DNA of 64,000 bases, taken from NCBI GenBank assembly GCA_038230375.1, contig JBBRNJ010000002.1:170016-234015 (forward strand), read 5' to 3'. A program made the translations under genes and the position numbers. This document shows, in pieces, positions 1 to 9,098 of this stretch (within the stretch, counting starts at the first letter, position 1; each line of letters begins with the position of its first letter). The notes beneath the pieces are model-generated. The model was not told the DNA's origin and searched no databases. It saw nothing but the letters and a program-made list of their open reading frames with translations. This DNA is from Polyangiales bacterium. GTDB taxonomy: Bacteria > Myxococcota_A > Polyangia > Polyangiales > Polyangiaceae.

Positions 1-381
1 CGCGGACACCACACGCGTGATGCCCGCTGCGAGGGCGAGCTCGAACACGCTGGCGGTGCCCTCCACGTTGACGCGGGCGTATCGTGTGGGGTCGTCGAAG
101 CTGGGGCGCACGCCTGCGATCCCCGCCAGGTGAATCACGCCGCTGGCACCGGAAAATACGCTCTTCAGCGCGGCGGCGTCCGTGATGCACGCGCGGACGG
201 TGTGGAGCTTGTTGCCGAACTCCTGGTGGAGGTCGCGGTCGTTCCGATCTTTCATCGCGGTAGGGTAGGGAGCCGCGGAGAAGTCATCCACGATCACGAC
301 GTCGTCACCGCGTCCGAGCAGCGCCCTTGCGACGTGGAACCCGATGAAGCCCACGCCACCCGTGAGGACGACACGCGCCAT
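1..381 (-). CDS. NAD-dependent epimerase/dehydratase (UDP-glucuronate 4-epimerase-like), runs off the window edge
   Basis: Manual translation from ATG at 381: MARVVLTGGVGFIGFHVARALLGRGDDVVIVDDF...VIHLAGIAGVRPS...YARVNVEGT. Has the TGGxGFIG Rossmann motif and starts right after the ugd stop. Confidence 0.88.
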   Translation of the reverse strand, partial: MARVVLTGGVGFIGFHVARALLGRGDDVVIVDDFSAAPYPTAMKDRNDRDLHQEFGNKLHTVRACITDAAALKSVFSGASGVIHLAGIAGVRPSFDDPTRYARVNVEGTASVFELALAAGITRVVSA

Positions 382-382
382 G

Positions 383-1735
383 TCAGCGCTGCGACGGGCG
401 GTCGGCCACCCGCGGCACTCCTTGCGTCACGCCCACGCCCTGGTAGCGAAGGCCCGCGCGCGTCACGTCCTGCGGTCGCCAGATGTTGCGCGCGTCGACG
501 ATGACCGCCGGTTGACCGTTGGGCCCGCTCGCCATGCGGCGCTTCATCTCCGCGAAGTTCGGCGCACGGTAGCTGCGCCACTCCGTGAGAAGCACGAGCG
601 CATGCGCACCGTCGAGGGCGTCGTAGTCGCGGTCGACCACCTTGGCACGCGCGCCGACGGCAGCGACATAGTTCACGCCGGCCTCCGGGTCGTGCCCGAT
701 GACGTGCGCCCCCTTCTCCAGGAGCGCCTCCGTCAGCCTGAGGGACGGTGCCTCGCGAATGTCGTCGGTCTCTGGCTTGAACGCCAGGCCCCAGAGCGCG
801 ATCTGCTTGCCCGCGACGCCGCCGAGCGTGCGCTCGACGAGCTGCACGATGAACGCAGCCTGCTCCTCGTTGGCCAGGTGCGTGGCCTCTGCGAGCCGCA
901 TGGGTACGCCGAACTTCTTGCCCAGCGCGCTGAGCGCCTGCACGTCCTTCGGGAAACAAGAGCCGCCATAGCCGGGGCCGGAGTAGAGGAACTTCTTTCC
1001 GATGCGCGTGTCGGTGCCAACGCCAAGCCGGACGGAGTGCACGTCCGCGCCAGTGGCATGGCAGAGGCGCGAGAGCTCGTTCATGAAGGACACGCGCATC
1101 GCGAGCATGGTGTTGGCCGCGTACTTGATGAGCTCGCTGGAGCGCGGGTCGGTGACGACGAGGCGCTCACCGGAGAGCTGCAGCGGGGCATAGAGATCGC
1201 GAAGCGTCTGACGCGCCGCCTCGCTCCGCGCGCCCAGCACGATGCGGTCGGGCTTGAAGAAGTCCGTGACCGCGTCGCCCTCCTTGAGAAACTCCGGGTT
1301 GGAGACGACCTCGAGCTCCACGGGGGCATGGGCAAGACGCGACTGCACTTCGTCGCAGGTGCCGACCGGCACGGTGCTCTTCACCACGACCAGCGCCTTC
1401 GCTTTGGCAACCTTCGCGATCTCTTCGGCGACCTTGAAGACCGCGGAGACGTCTGCAGAGCCGTCGGCCTTGGCCGGCGTACCCACGGCGATGAAATAGG
1501 CGTCGGCCTCTTGCCACTCCGTGGTCACCTCGGTGCCAAAGGTGAGCCGCTTGTTCTTCTGGTTGCGCCTGACGAGGTCCGACAGGCCAGGCTCGTAGAT
1601 GGGGATGTTGCCACCACGCAGCCGCTCGATCTTCCCGGGATCGATGTCATAGATGAGGACGTCGTGGCCCAGGTCGGACAGACCGGTGCCGGTGACCAGG
1701 CCAACGTATCCGGCTCCAAAAACGACAAGACGCAT
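383..1735 (-). CDS. ugd: UDP-glucose 6-dehydrogenase
   Basis: GAGYVG, VVKSTVPVGT, SNPEFLKEG, GYGGSCFPKD (catalytic Cys) and GLAFKPETDDIRE motifs. Confidence 0.96.
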   Translation of the reverse strand: MRLVVFGAGYVGLVTGTGLSDLGHDVLIYDIDPGKIERLRGGNIPIYEPGLSDLVRRNQKNKRLTFGTEVTTEWQEADAYFIAVGTPAKADGSADVSAVFKVAEEIAKVAKAKALVVVKSTVPVGTCDEVQSRLAHAPVELEVVSNPEFLKEGDAVTDFFKPDRIVLGARSEAARQTLRDLYAPLQLSGERLVVTDPRSSELIKYAANTMLAMRVSFMNELSRLCHATGADVHSVRLGVGTDTRIGKKFLYSGPGYGGSCFPKDVQALSALGKKFGVPMRLAEATHLANEEQAAFIVQLVERTLGGVAGKQIALWGLAFKPETDDIREAPSLRLTEALLEKGAHVIGHDPEAGVNYVAAVGARAKVVDRDYDALDGAHALVLLTEWRSYRAPNFAEMKRRMASGPNGQPAVIVDARNIWRPQDVTRAGLRYQGVGVTQGVPRVADRPSQR

Positions 1736-1750
1736 GTGATCTGAAGTTCT

Positions 1751-3508
1751 CTACTGAAGACCACGAGAGCTGTACAGCCACCACCCGCCGCGGTGATCCA
1801 CGAGGTGCAGGTTCTGTGGTGCGCCGGTGCCGCTCGCGTCTGGACGCGTCCGCATGAGGATGTAGTCCCAGTCGCCCAGGTCGTAGGCGGGCCAGTCCAC
1901 GAAGGTGAGCCCGCTCTCCGAGTAGGTGCTGGGCAGGCGCAGCGCTGGGTTCTGCGCGGTGGGATACAGCGCGGAGCCCTGGTGGAACCACACGTCGGAC
2001 ACCACGATCGGCCGCTCGGCGAGGACCAGCTTGTCGTAGTGCACGAACGGGTGCGCTGCGAACACATCGCTGTCCGGATCGAGCGGCAGGTTGAGCACGC
2101 GCGCTTCGACGGGAACCTTCGCGAGCACCTCGCGGTAGCCGCGCGCCTCGTCCTGGAAGCGATAGCTCGAGAGCAGCGCCATGGACACAACGGCCAGCGC
2201 CGCGATGGGCGCGCCCAGCTCGAGGATCGCGCGATGCGTGGGGCCGATGCGATCGCGGTGGATCGAGAGCAGCGCCAGATAGAGCACGATCGGAAGCAGA
2301 CGGGCGTCCACGAAGCCGAACCAGCCGATGGAGTGCGGGAGTGCGGCGAAGATGACGAACAGCGCCAGCGCGCCAGTGCGCAGCGTGCGCGCGTAGTACG
2401 CACGTGTATCGATCTCGCTCGTACGAGCCGCAGTGTCACTGATGGGGCCGGACTCGGACCTGGCCTTCGGCAACGAGCGAAGCACCGCGGACACCGCGAA
2501 GATCCAGATACCGACGCCCACGAGCAGGTCCACGCCAGTGCGGGTCATCAGGGTGGGCGTGAGGAGCAGGCTCAGCTTGTCGAGGAGGCCCTGGAAGTGC
2601 GGGACCATGTTCTGCGCAGCGACCGGCGCAGAGCCAAGCGGACGGGTGCCTCCACGCTCGATGAAGGCGACCCAGCCAGCGAGCGCAACCGCAGGGAGCA
2701 GCGCGCGCCACCGCAGCGCCACGGCGAGCCTGGCCTTCATGGGCTTGGTCTGGACGGCGCCGGTCGCGCCTGTCGCGCAGGCCGCGGAGAGGAACGCGAC
2801 GAACATGTAGAGCAGGAACGCGTGCCCATGCGCCACGAACACGAGCGGCGAGAACACCGCGACAAGCAGCTCCTTGTTGCGTGTCTTGGCGGTGCTCTCA
2901 CCCGCGTTTGCCGCTCCTGCGAGCGTCATCCAGAACGTCATGCCCACGAGCATGACGGAGACGCCGAGCAGGTAGCTCGCGAAGCCGAGCAGCGTCATGA
3001 GCCCGAACCCGAGCGCCAGCCCGACGAACGCGTAGGTGGGACCACCCTCACCGAAGAGACGCTTCCGCGCGAACGCGAGCGCGAGCGGGGTTGCGATCAC
3101 CGGGAGGCATGCGATGGCGCGCACGGCGCGGACGGGGCCAATGAGGCCCACGAGACACTCGCCCAGGAAACGGAAGAGTGAGTACGGCCCCAGGTGCGGT
3201 GCGAGCACGAAGAAGCGCTGCTCGAAGGCGGAGTCCGCGAAGCGATGCCGCATCGCGATGAGGCCAGCGTGGGCCGGAAGATCCTGGAACGGCAGCGCAT
3301 CGAAGGCCCAGAAGACGAGTACTCCGAGCGACAGCAGCGCCCCGAAGGCAGGCCAGCCCGTGAGGTGCGCTCGCACACGGGTCTTGTCTTGACCGCCAGC
3401 GGCCGAAAATCCGGGAGAGATGGGTGCTGGGGGCGCGGGCATGGAGCCGCCTACGGGGCCGTTTTCGACCTCGTCGCGCGTCGGATCCGGTGCGGCCTGA
3501 GGCGCCAT
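1751..3508 (-). CDS. Polytopic membrane protein, GT-C-like glycosyltransferase candidate
   Basis: About 10 hydrophobic segments, a PFQDLPAH motif after TM1 and a soluble C-terminal domain. Start uncertain (3508 or 3443). Confidence 0.6.
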   Translation of the reverse strand: MAPQAAPDPTRDEVENGPVGGSMPAPPAPISPGFSAAGGQDKTRVRAHLTGWPAFGALLSLGVLVFWAFDALPFQDLPAHAGLIAMRHRFADSAFEQRFFVLAPHLGPYSLFRFLGECLVGLIGPVRAVRAIACLPVIATPLALAFARKRLFGEGGPTYAFVGLALGFGLMTLLGFASYLLGVSVMLVGMTFWMTLAGAANAGESTAKTRNKELLVAVFSPLVFVAHGHAFLLYMFVAFLSAACATGATGAVQTKPMKARLAVALRWRALLPAVALAGWVAFIERGGTRPLGSAPVAAQNMVPHFQGLLDKLSLLLTPTLMTRTGVDLLVGVGIWIFAVSAVLRSLPKARSESGPISDTAARTSEIDTRAYYARTLRTGALALFVIFAALPHSIGWFGFVDARLLPIVLYLALLSIHRDRIGPTHRAILELGAPIAALAVVSMALLSSYRFQDEARGYREVLAKVPVEARVLNLPLDPDSDVFAAHPFVHYDKLVLAERPIVVSDVWFHQGSALYPTAQNPALRLPSTYSESGLTFVDWPAYDLGDWDYILMRTRPDASGTGAPQNLHLVDHRGGWWLYSSRGLQ

Positions 3509-3611
3509 TTGAAGCCCGCGGAGCATAGCCGCAAAGATGCCGTCGCGCCCCTCTTTGTCGCGAATATCCGTGCGAATTTTGGTAACGGGAGCTGTGCCGA
3601 TTTTCCCCAAC

Positions 3612-5303
3612 GTGCGGGCGTTTCTACGCACGCCGCGGGCGTGGATACTCTGCGTCTTCGTGCTGATGAACGTGCCGGGCCTGAACTGGGGGCTCCCGGC
3701 GTCGGACGGCTGGGACAACGACGGAATTGCGCCCCGGGATTTCTTGGCGGGCCTGGTGGAGACCTTCACGCCGGGCCACTACTACCAATATCCCCCTGTT
3801 CAGCTGATCCTGCTCGGCGTCCTGACGCTGCCTGTCACCCTGATCGGCCTCGCGAACGCGGCCAGCCTGTCGCCGGCAGACGTCATCGCGGAGATGGTCA
3901 AGGTGCCGTACATGACGGCCATCGCGCTCATCGCGCGCTGCGTGTCGCTGCTCATGGCCGCGGGGACCATCAACGCCGTCTCGCGCATGGTCGAGGAGGT
4001 GAGGGGAGAGCGCGCCTCGCTCTTCGCGCTCGCGTTCGGGGCGTTGAATGCGCCGCTCGTTTACTACGGGCGAACGAGCAACCTCGACGTGCCGTACATG
4101 TTCTTCGCGTCGGTCGCGATGCTTGCGTTGGTCCGGGCTCTCGCGCGCAAGGAGCCCGCGCGTCTACGGCGCTTCGCCATCTTCGCCGTGCTGGCCGTGG
4201 GTACGAAGGACCAGGCATACGCCCTCTTCCTGGGCGCCGTTCCAGTGGCGTTCGCGCTGTGGATATGGCGTTCCCCGTGGGCGGCCACGCGCAAGAGAGC
4301 GCTCGCGCTGATGGCACTGAAGCTGCTCGCGCTCTCCGTGGTGCTGCTCTTCGTGGTGGACCTGGTGCCGTTCAACCCGAGCGGCTTCCGCGCGCGCATT
4401 CATTTCCTGGTCGGCTCCGCCAGCCAGGATTATGTGCACTATACAAATGATTGGACGGGCCGCTTCCGCGTGCTCCAGGACATCGTCACGAACTCGCCGC
4501 GCTACTACTCGGTGCCGGCGCTGGTGCTTGCGGTCGTCGGTGGCGCGCTGGGGGTGTCCAAGATCAAGGACAGGGACGTGCGTCTTGCCGCGCTGATCCC
4601 GCTGTTCTGTGCGGTCTCGTACACGATGTTCTTCAACTGCGTCGCGCGCCGCACCGACCACCGGTTCGTGCTGCCGCAGATGATCCTCCTTGCGGGGTAC
4701 GGCGGCATTGCGCTCGATCTGCTCACCACGCAGCGGGTGAAGTGGCGGTTCTGGGCCTCGTGGGTCATCACCGTCTGCATGGGTGGGGCTGCGGTGTTCG
4801 GGTGCGCGTCCGTGACCGCCCAGCTCCTCCTGGACCCGCGCTACGACGCGGAGGCATGGCTGCACGAGCACGTGCGGCCGGGCGATCTCATCGAGACCCA
4901 TTCGCTGAATGTGTATCTTCTCCGCTTCCCGCACGACGCCCGCATCATTCGCGTGGGGCCCGACCCGGTGCAGCACCGCAACCCGATGCCAGGCATCACG
5001 GAGGTCCAGGACGAGTACGGCCACGCGGAGGCGCGCAACGCCCGCTTCATCGTCGTCAGCGAGGGCTGGGCCTGGCGCTACCTGCTGGATCCCAAGGTTC
5101 ATCTGGAGCCGGGCCGCGTGTTGCCACCGACGCAGATCAAGACGGGGAGCGATCTCGACGGCTCCACCTTCTTCCAGGCGCTGCTCGACAACCGTCGCGG
5201 CTTCCATCGGGTGCACAACTCCACCTGGTCGAGCCACGTCTTCCCGCGGCTCGATTTCCACGCGAGCACCTCACGCGAGATCTGGATCTTCGAGCGCAAC
5301 TAG
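3612..5303 (+). CDS. ArnT/PMT-like (GT-C) membrane glycosyltransferase
   Basis: WGLP...WDND loop, YxYPP, NLDVPYMFF, GTKD and RFVLP motifs with many TM helices. Start uncertain (ORF opens at 3537). Confidence 0.72.
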   Translation: MRAFLRTPRAWILCVFVLMNVPGLNWGLPASDGWDNDGIAPRDFLAGLVETFTPGHYYQYPPVQLILLGVLTLPVTLIGLANAASLSPADVIAEMVKVPYMTAIALIARCVSLLMAAGTINAVSRMVEEVRGERASLFALAFGALNAPLVYYGRTSNLDVPYMFFASVAMLALVRALARKEPARLRRFAIFAVLAVGTKDQAYALFLGAVPVAFALWIWRSPWAATRKRALALMALKLLALSVVLLFVVDLVPFNPSGFRARIHFLVGSASQDYVHYTNDWTGRFRVLQDIVTNSPRYYSVPALVLAVVGGALGVSKIKDRDVRLAALIPLFCAVSYTMFFNCVARRTDHRFVLPQMILLAGYGGIALDLLTTQRVKWRFWASWVITVCMGGAAVFGCASVTAQLLLDPRYDAEAWLHEHVRPGDLIETHSLNVYLLRFPHDARIIRVGPDPVQHRNPMPGITEVQDEYGHAEARNARFIVVSEGWAWRYLLDPKVHLEPGRVLPPTQIKTGSDLDGSTFFQALLDNRRGFHRVHNSTWSSHVFPRLDFHASTSREIWIFERN

Positions 5304-5381
5304 TTCTACTGCGGGAACTGAAAAACGCGGAGCGGGCACGAATTTGCCCTGACGTTGTCGACCCTGACAACATGGCGGCGC

Positions 5382-5627
5382 ATGCCTGCGCTCGTCGACC
5401 GGGGGCTCCATTTTGCTGCGTCCCTGAGCCAGGCAGGCGGACCGTGGGCAAGGGCTGCGCTGCGCCATGTCTCCGAGCACACGGGCATCCCCATCGTGCT
5501 GGTCGCCGCCATCGGGCTGGTGATCAGCTACCGCACCGCGAAGCGAATGCTGCGGTTCGCCGTCGAGGTCGGGGTCGCGCTCGTCCTCGTGGTGGCGCTG
5601 ACCGAGCTGGGGTGGATAAAGTTCTAG
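5382..5627 (+). CDS. Small membrane protein (2 TM)
   Basis: 81-aa ORF with two hydrophobic helices; abuts the next gene. Confidence 0.55.
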   Translation: MPALVDRGLHFAASLSQAGGPWARAALRHVSEHTGIPIVLVAAIGLVISYRTAKRMLRFAVEVGVALVLVVALTELGWIKF

Positions 5628-5628
5628 T

Positions 5629-6435
5629 GTGTCGCTGATCCCGATCGAGCATCCGCGAAGGCTCGCGTCGCCTGCGGATGCCGCTCGCTTCTTCCGCGGG
5701 CTACGTCTTTTTCCTGGGCTCGCGGAGACGCGCGTGTCCGCCCGCGGTTTCCACACGCGGGACCTGTCGCGCGTGTCGCGCGTGGTGGATGCGCTCCCCA
5801 CGAAACACGAGAGCACCGTGTCTTTCGAGGGCGGGGTGCTCGGCCCCGCCGCGCTCTCTGCGCTCTCTGCGCTCACGATGACGCCGTTCGACTACCTGGA
5901 CCTGCGAAGCAGCGACGCGAGTCTTCGCGTGTGGCCGGCGCGCCACGCGTGGGTCTTCTCGTCGCGCTCCCACGCGGACGCGGAGGAGGTGCTCGGCGTT
6001 TCGCTCGCGCCAGGGAAGAACGTGCTCGCGGACGCGGAGATCACGCTCGAGCAGGGGGACGTGGGGTATCCCATCTGGATGGAGACGCGCTCGATTCCGC
6101 GGGCGTTCTCGTTCTTCCGCGCGCTCACGAGCGACGCGTTCGAGCGTGGGTGCATCATGCAGCCGCACGCGCAGGCGAAGGCATCGCTCGTGGCGTGGAT
6201 CGCGGCCCTGCAGTCGAAGGTGAACGCCGTTCTGGACCTGGAGGTCGACGTCGCGCGCGCGCTGACGGAGGCCTTTCCGGGCGAATCTCTGGACTGGCAG
6301 TCGGATGGCATCCTGGTCGAATTTCCGGAGGGCCGCATACACGGCTTCCTCGTGACCCCGAACACCGGCGAGCGCGAGCAGAAGCGCTGGCTCGCGCGGA
6401 TCGACAAGGCACTGCGTCGCGCCGACCTCGCGTAG
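5629..6435 (+). CDS. Hypothetical protein
   Basis: 268-aa ORF with globular composition, co-oriented with its neighbours. Confidence 0.65.
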   Translation: MSLIPIEHPRRLASPADAARFFRGLRLFPGLAETRVSARGFHTRDLSRVSRVVDALPTKHESTVSFEGGVLGPAALSALSALTMTPFDYLDLRSSDASLRVWPARHAWVFSSRSHADAEEVLGVSLAPGKNVLADAEITLEQGDVGYPIWMETRSIPRAFSFFRALTSDAFERGCIMQPHAQAKASLVAWIAALQSKVNAVLDLEVDVARALTEAFPGESLDWQSDGILVEFPEGRIHGFLVTPNTGEREQKRWLARIDKALRRADLA

Positions 6436-6530
6436 GTCGAGGTCGAGGTCGAGGTCGACGTCGAAGTCAGGGTCGAGGTCGAGGTCGGGGTCGGGGTCGA
6501 CGTCGAAGTCAGGGTCGATGTCGGCTTCGA
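6435..6530. repeat. Intergenic degenerate hexamer tandem repeat (GGTCGA/GGTCGG, 16 units)
   Basis: Read directly; the block GGTCGA-CGTCGA-AGTCAG-GGTCGA recurs at 6453 and 6495 (42-bp period). Confidence 0.9.
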
Positions 6531-6550
6531 ATGTCGCTACATTGGCGCCC

Positions 6551-7315
6551 ATGAAACTCTCCGATCTCAAAATCATCGTGTCTGGTGGTGCGCAGGGTAT
6601 GGGTCGTCACTTCGCGCTTCGGCTCGTCGAAGCGGGCGCGAGCGTCGCGATCGGTGACGTGAACGAGGCTGGCCTCGAGGAGACCAAGGGCGCAGCCAAG
6701 GGCCCCGGCAAGATCTTCGCGAAGAAGCTCAACGTCGCTGACGAGGGTGAGGTCGGTGCGTTCGTCGCATGGGCGTTCGAGTCGATGGGCGGCCTGAACG
6801 GGCTCGTCAACAACGCCGGCATCCTGCGCGATGGCCTGCTCGTGAAGAAGGACCGCGAGACCGGCGCTGTGAAGAAGCTCACGAAGGAGCAGTGGGACGC
6901 AGTGATCGGCGTCAACCTCACGGGCGCCACGCTGCTCGCGCGCGACGTCGTCGCGACCATGGTCGAGAAGGACCAGAAGCCCGGCGTGATCGTGAACATC
7001 TCCAGCGTCGCGCGCCACGGCAACCGCGGTCAGTCGAACTACACCGCAGCGAAGGCAGCGCTCGCCGCGAACACCGTGACGTGGTCTCGCGAGTTCGGTG
7101 CGTTCGGCATCCGCGTCGGCGCGGTCGCGCCCGGCATGATCGAGACACCCATGACGCAAGGCATGAACCAGAAGGCGCGCGACGCGCTCGTGGCCGCCAT
7201 CCCGGTCGGTCGCATCGGCGTGCCCGAGGACATCTGGCTCGGCGTGAAGTTCGTGCTCGAGTGCGACTACTTCAACGGCCGCACCATCGACGTCGACGGC
7301 GGCCTCTCGATGTGA
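6551..7315 (+). CDS. SDR oxidoreductase, FabG-like 3-oxoacyl reductase
   Basis: SGGAQGMG, NNAGILRD, NISS and YTAAK catalytic motifs. Confidence 0.92.
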   Translation: MKLSDLKIIVSGGAQGMGRHFALRLVEAGASVAIGDVNEAGLEETKGAAKGPGKIFAKKLNVADEGEVGAFVAWAFESMGGLNGLVNNAGILRDGLLVKKDRETGAVKKLTKEQWDAVIGVNLTGATLLARDVVATMVEKDQKPGVIVNISSVARHGNRGQSNYTAAKAALAANTVTWSREFGAFGIRVGAVAPGMIETPMTQGMNQKARDALVAAIPVGRIGVPEDIWLGVKFVLECDYFNGRTIDVDGGLSM

Positions 7316-7546
7316 GATCGCGGGTGTAGCGGGGTGTGATGGTTTTTGGAGGTGTGACGTACGGTTAGCGTGTGTCACACTTGCACGTCGCGCGTGCCAA
7401 GCAACACTCCCGTGAACCGCGTCCACCCTTACGCACCGACCACCGCCTCAGACTTGACGCTTAGGTGCGCGAAAAAAGTGATCTTTATATCTTGCGTCGG
7501 CCCCATTTTCTGCGATTACAGAAAGTGACGTTCGTGTGACGACGAG

Positions 7547-9088
7547 ATGGCGATCGCAGACATATTCCAGCCCCGGGTGACGGAGGACACAAACGCCCCA
7601 GTGCAAAGGCTGCCGGGTGGCGTGCGCCTCGGCGTCCATGATGCGTCTCGCGTCGAGTGGAGCTTCTCCGTGCCGCTGCCGGAAGATGCACCGCTCAAGT
7701 ACAGCCTCTCGGTCCGGATGCAGATCCCCTCCATCGTGCGGCAAGAGCCGTGGGAGCAGCTGCAGTCGTTCACGCGTCTCGATGGGCCGCTGCTCACAGG
7801 CGGTCGCGGTGCGCCGGTCACGGTCGATGCGCTTCGTCGTGGTGCGCTGGCGCTCGTCGCGAAGCTCTCACGCGCGAGCGACGCATTCGCCCGCTACTGC
7901 AGGCTCGCGGTGAACGCGCGTGATGTCATGACGGCGGGCGAACTGGAAGAGGCGCTCCTTGTCTGGCTCGATGCCGCAGAGCGCACGCTCGAGGATGGTC
8001 GGTCGCGCTTCGCCGCCAAGATCGAAGGCGAGGCCACCGAGGTCTCGCTGGAGCGCGAGCTCCTTGACGAGTACACGAGCGTGCGGTTCCTGGAGATGCT
8101 CGCGGCCTCCGAGCGCGCGCTTGGTCAACTCGCCACGTCGCTCGCATTCTCGCCAGCGCTCCTCACCGCGGTCTCGAACGTCGAGTCGCGCGTGGCGGAC
8201 ATGCTCGGGGGTGAGCTGCTTCACCGCGCGGACGCCGGCTACATCAAGACCGACCCGTCCTCGTCCGAGGCGCTCGAGCGCTACCTGGAGCGCTCCAGCC
8301 GGCTGAAGAAGCACTTCCAGGAGGTCCTCTTCCTCGAGGCCGAGACGTTCCAGGTCGCAGAGCGCATCCACCACTACGTGGCCGCGCTTGCGGCACTTGT
8401 CGCGTCGACCTGGGCGTTCGCGTGGCAGATCGCGCTGACGAACCGCGGCGTGTCCATGGGCTCGCAGGTGAGCTCTGGTATCGTCATCCTCGCCGTGCTC
8501 GGCGGCATCGTCTACGCCGGTAAGGATCGGCTGAAGGAAGTCGGGCGCATCTGGGTGAGCCGCAAGGTCCACCGCGTCCTTGGTGCTCAGCGCGTCGCTC
8601 GCTATCGCGCGCCCGCGAAGCGCCTGCCTGGTCGCGACGTGATCGTGCACGCGCGCGAGTCGTTCGATCAGAACGTGGAGCAAGTGCCCGACACGCTGAA
8701 CCCGGAGAGCGGCGCCACGATGAGCGTCAAGGTGCTCGAATACAAGCACCGCGGCACCGTGCGCCCGCAGGCGACGCTCACGGAGTCGGGCGTTCGCCGC
8801 GTGAAGCACGTCTTCCGCTACGACATGTCCCCGCTGTTCGCGCACCTGGACGACGCGAAGAAGTCCATCCCCGTCCTTGACGAAGGCTCGCGTCGCGTGC
8901 GCTTCATCGACGCGCCGCGCTGCTACAGGATTCCCATCACGATGACGCTCGAGCAGGGCGGCGCGGAGTGGTCCGAGACGGCAACGCTCGTGCTGCACAA
9001 GAGCGGCCTTGCCCGGATCGAGCGCCCCGCACGCACGCGCGAGGACAGCGATCCCGCGTTGATGGACACGGCGCTCGAACCCGGCTAA
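7547..9088 (+). CDS. Hypothetical protein with central TM hairpin
   Basis: 513 aa; two adjacent hydrophobic helices followed by YAGKDRLKE. Confidence 0.75.
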   Translation: MAIADIFQPRVTEDTNAPVQRLPGGVRLGVHDASRVEWSFSVPLPEDAPLKYSLSVRMQIPSIVRQEPWEQLQSFTRLDGPLLTGGRGAPVTVDALRRGALALVAKLSRASDAFARYCRLAVNARDVMTAGELEEALLVWLDAAERTLEDGRSRFAAKIEGEATEVSLERELLDEYTSVRFLEMLAASERALGQLATSLAFSPALLTAVSNVESRVADMLGGELLHRADAGYIKTDPSSSEALERYLERSSRLKKHFQEVLFLEAETFQVAERIHHYVAALAALVASTWAFAWQIALTNRGVSMGSQVSSGIVILAVLGGIVYAGKDRLKEVGRIWVSRKVHRVLGAQRVARYRAPAKRLPGRDVIVHARESFDQNVEQVPDTLNPESGATMSVKVLEYKHRGTVRPQATLTESGVRRVKHVFRYDMSPLFAHLDDAKKSIPVLDEGSRRVRFIDAPRCYRIPITMTLEQGGAEWSETATLVLHKSGLARIERPARTREDSDPALMDTALEPG

Positions 9089-9098
9089 CTCGCCGCAC

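Noticed and set aside
344..1744. 466-aa plus-strand ORF, and similar long antisense ORFs (30447-32300, 32383-34743, 43125-45056, 58849-60105)
   Set aside because: Shadow frames of well-supported genes on the opposite strand; Arg/His/Ala-rich with no motifs, as expected in high-GC DNA.
6435..6530. Possible CRISPR array (also considered at 33573-33610 and 46124-46207)
   Set aside because: Units are 6-10 bp in tandem with no unique spacers, and there are no cas genes.
5701..6576. Minus-strand ORF with DLDLDPD repeat
   Set aside because: Translation of the hexamer repeat plus the antisense of 5629-6435; also overlaps the SDR start.
7381..7400. Sigma54 promoter on the minus strand (TTGGCACG...TGCAA)
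   Set aside because: GG-to-GC spacing is 12 rather than 10 nt, and it would point antisense into the SDR gene.
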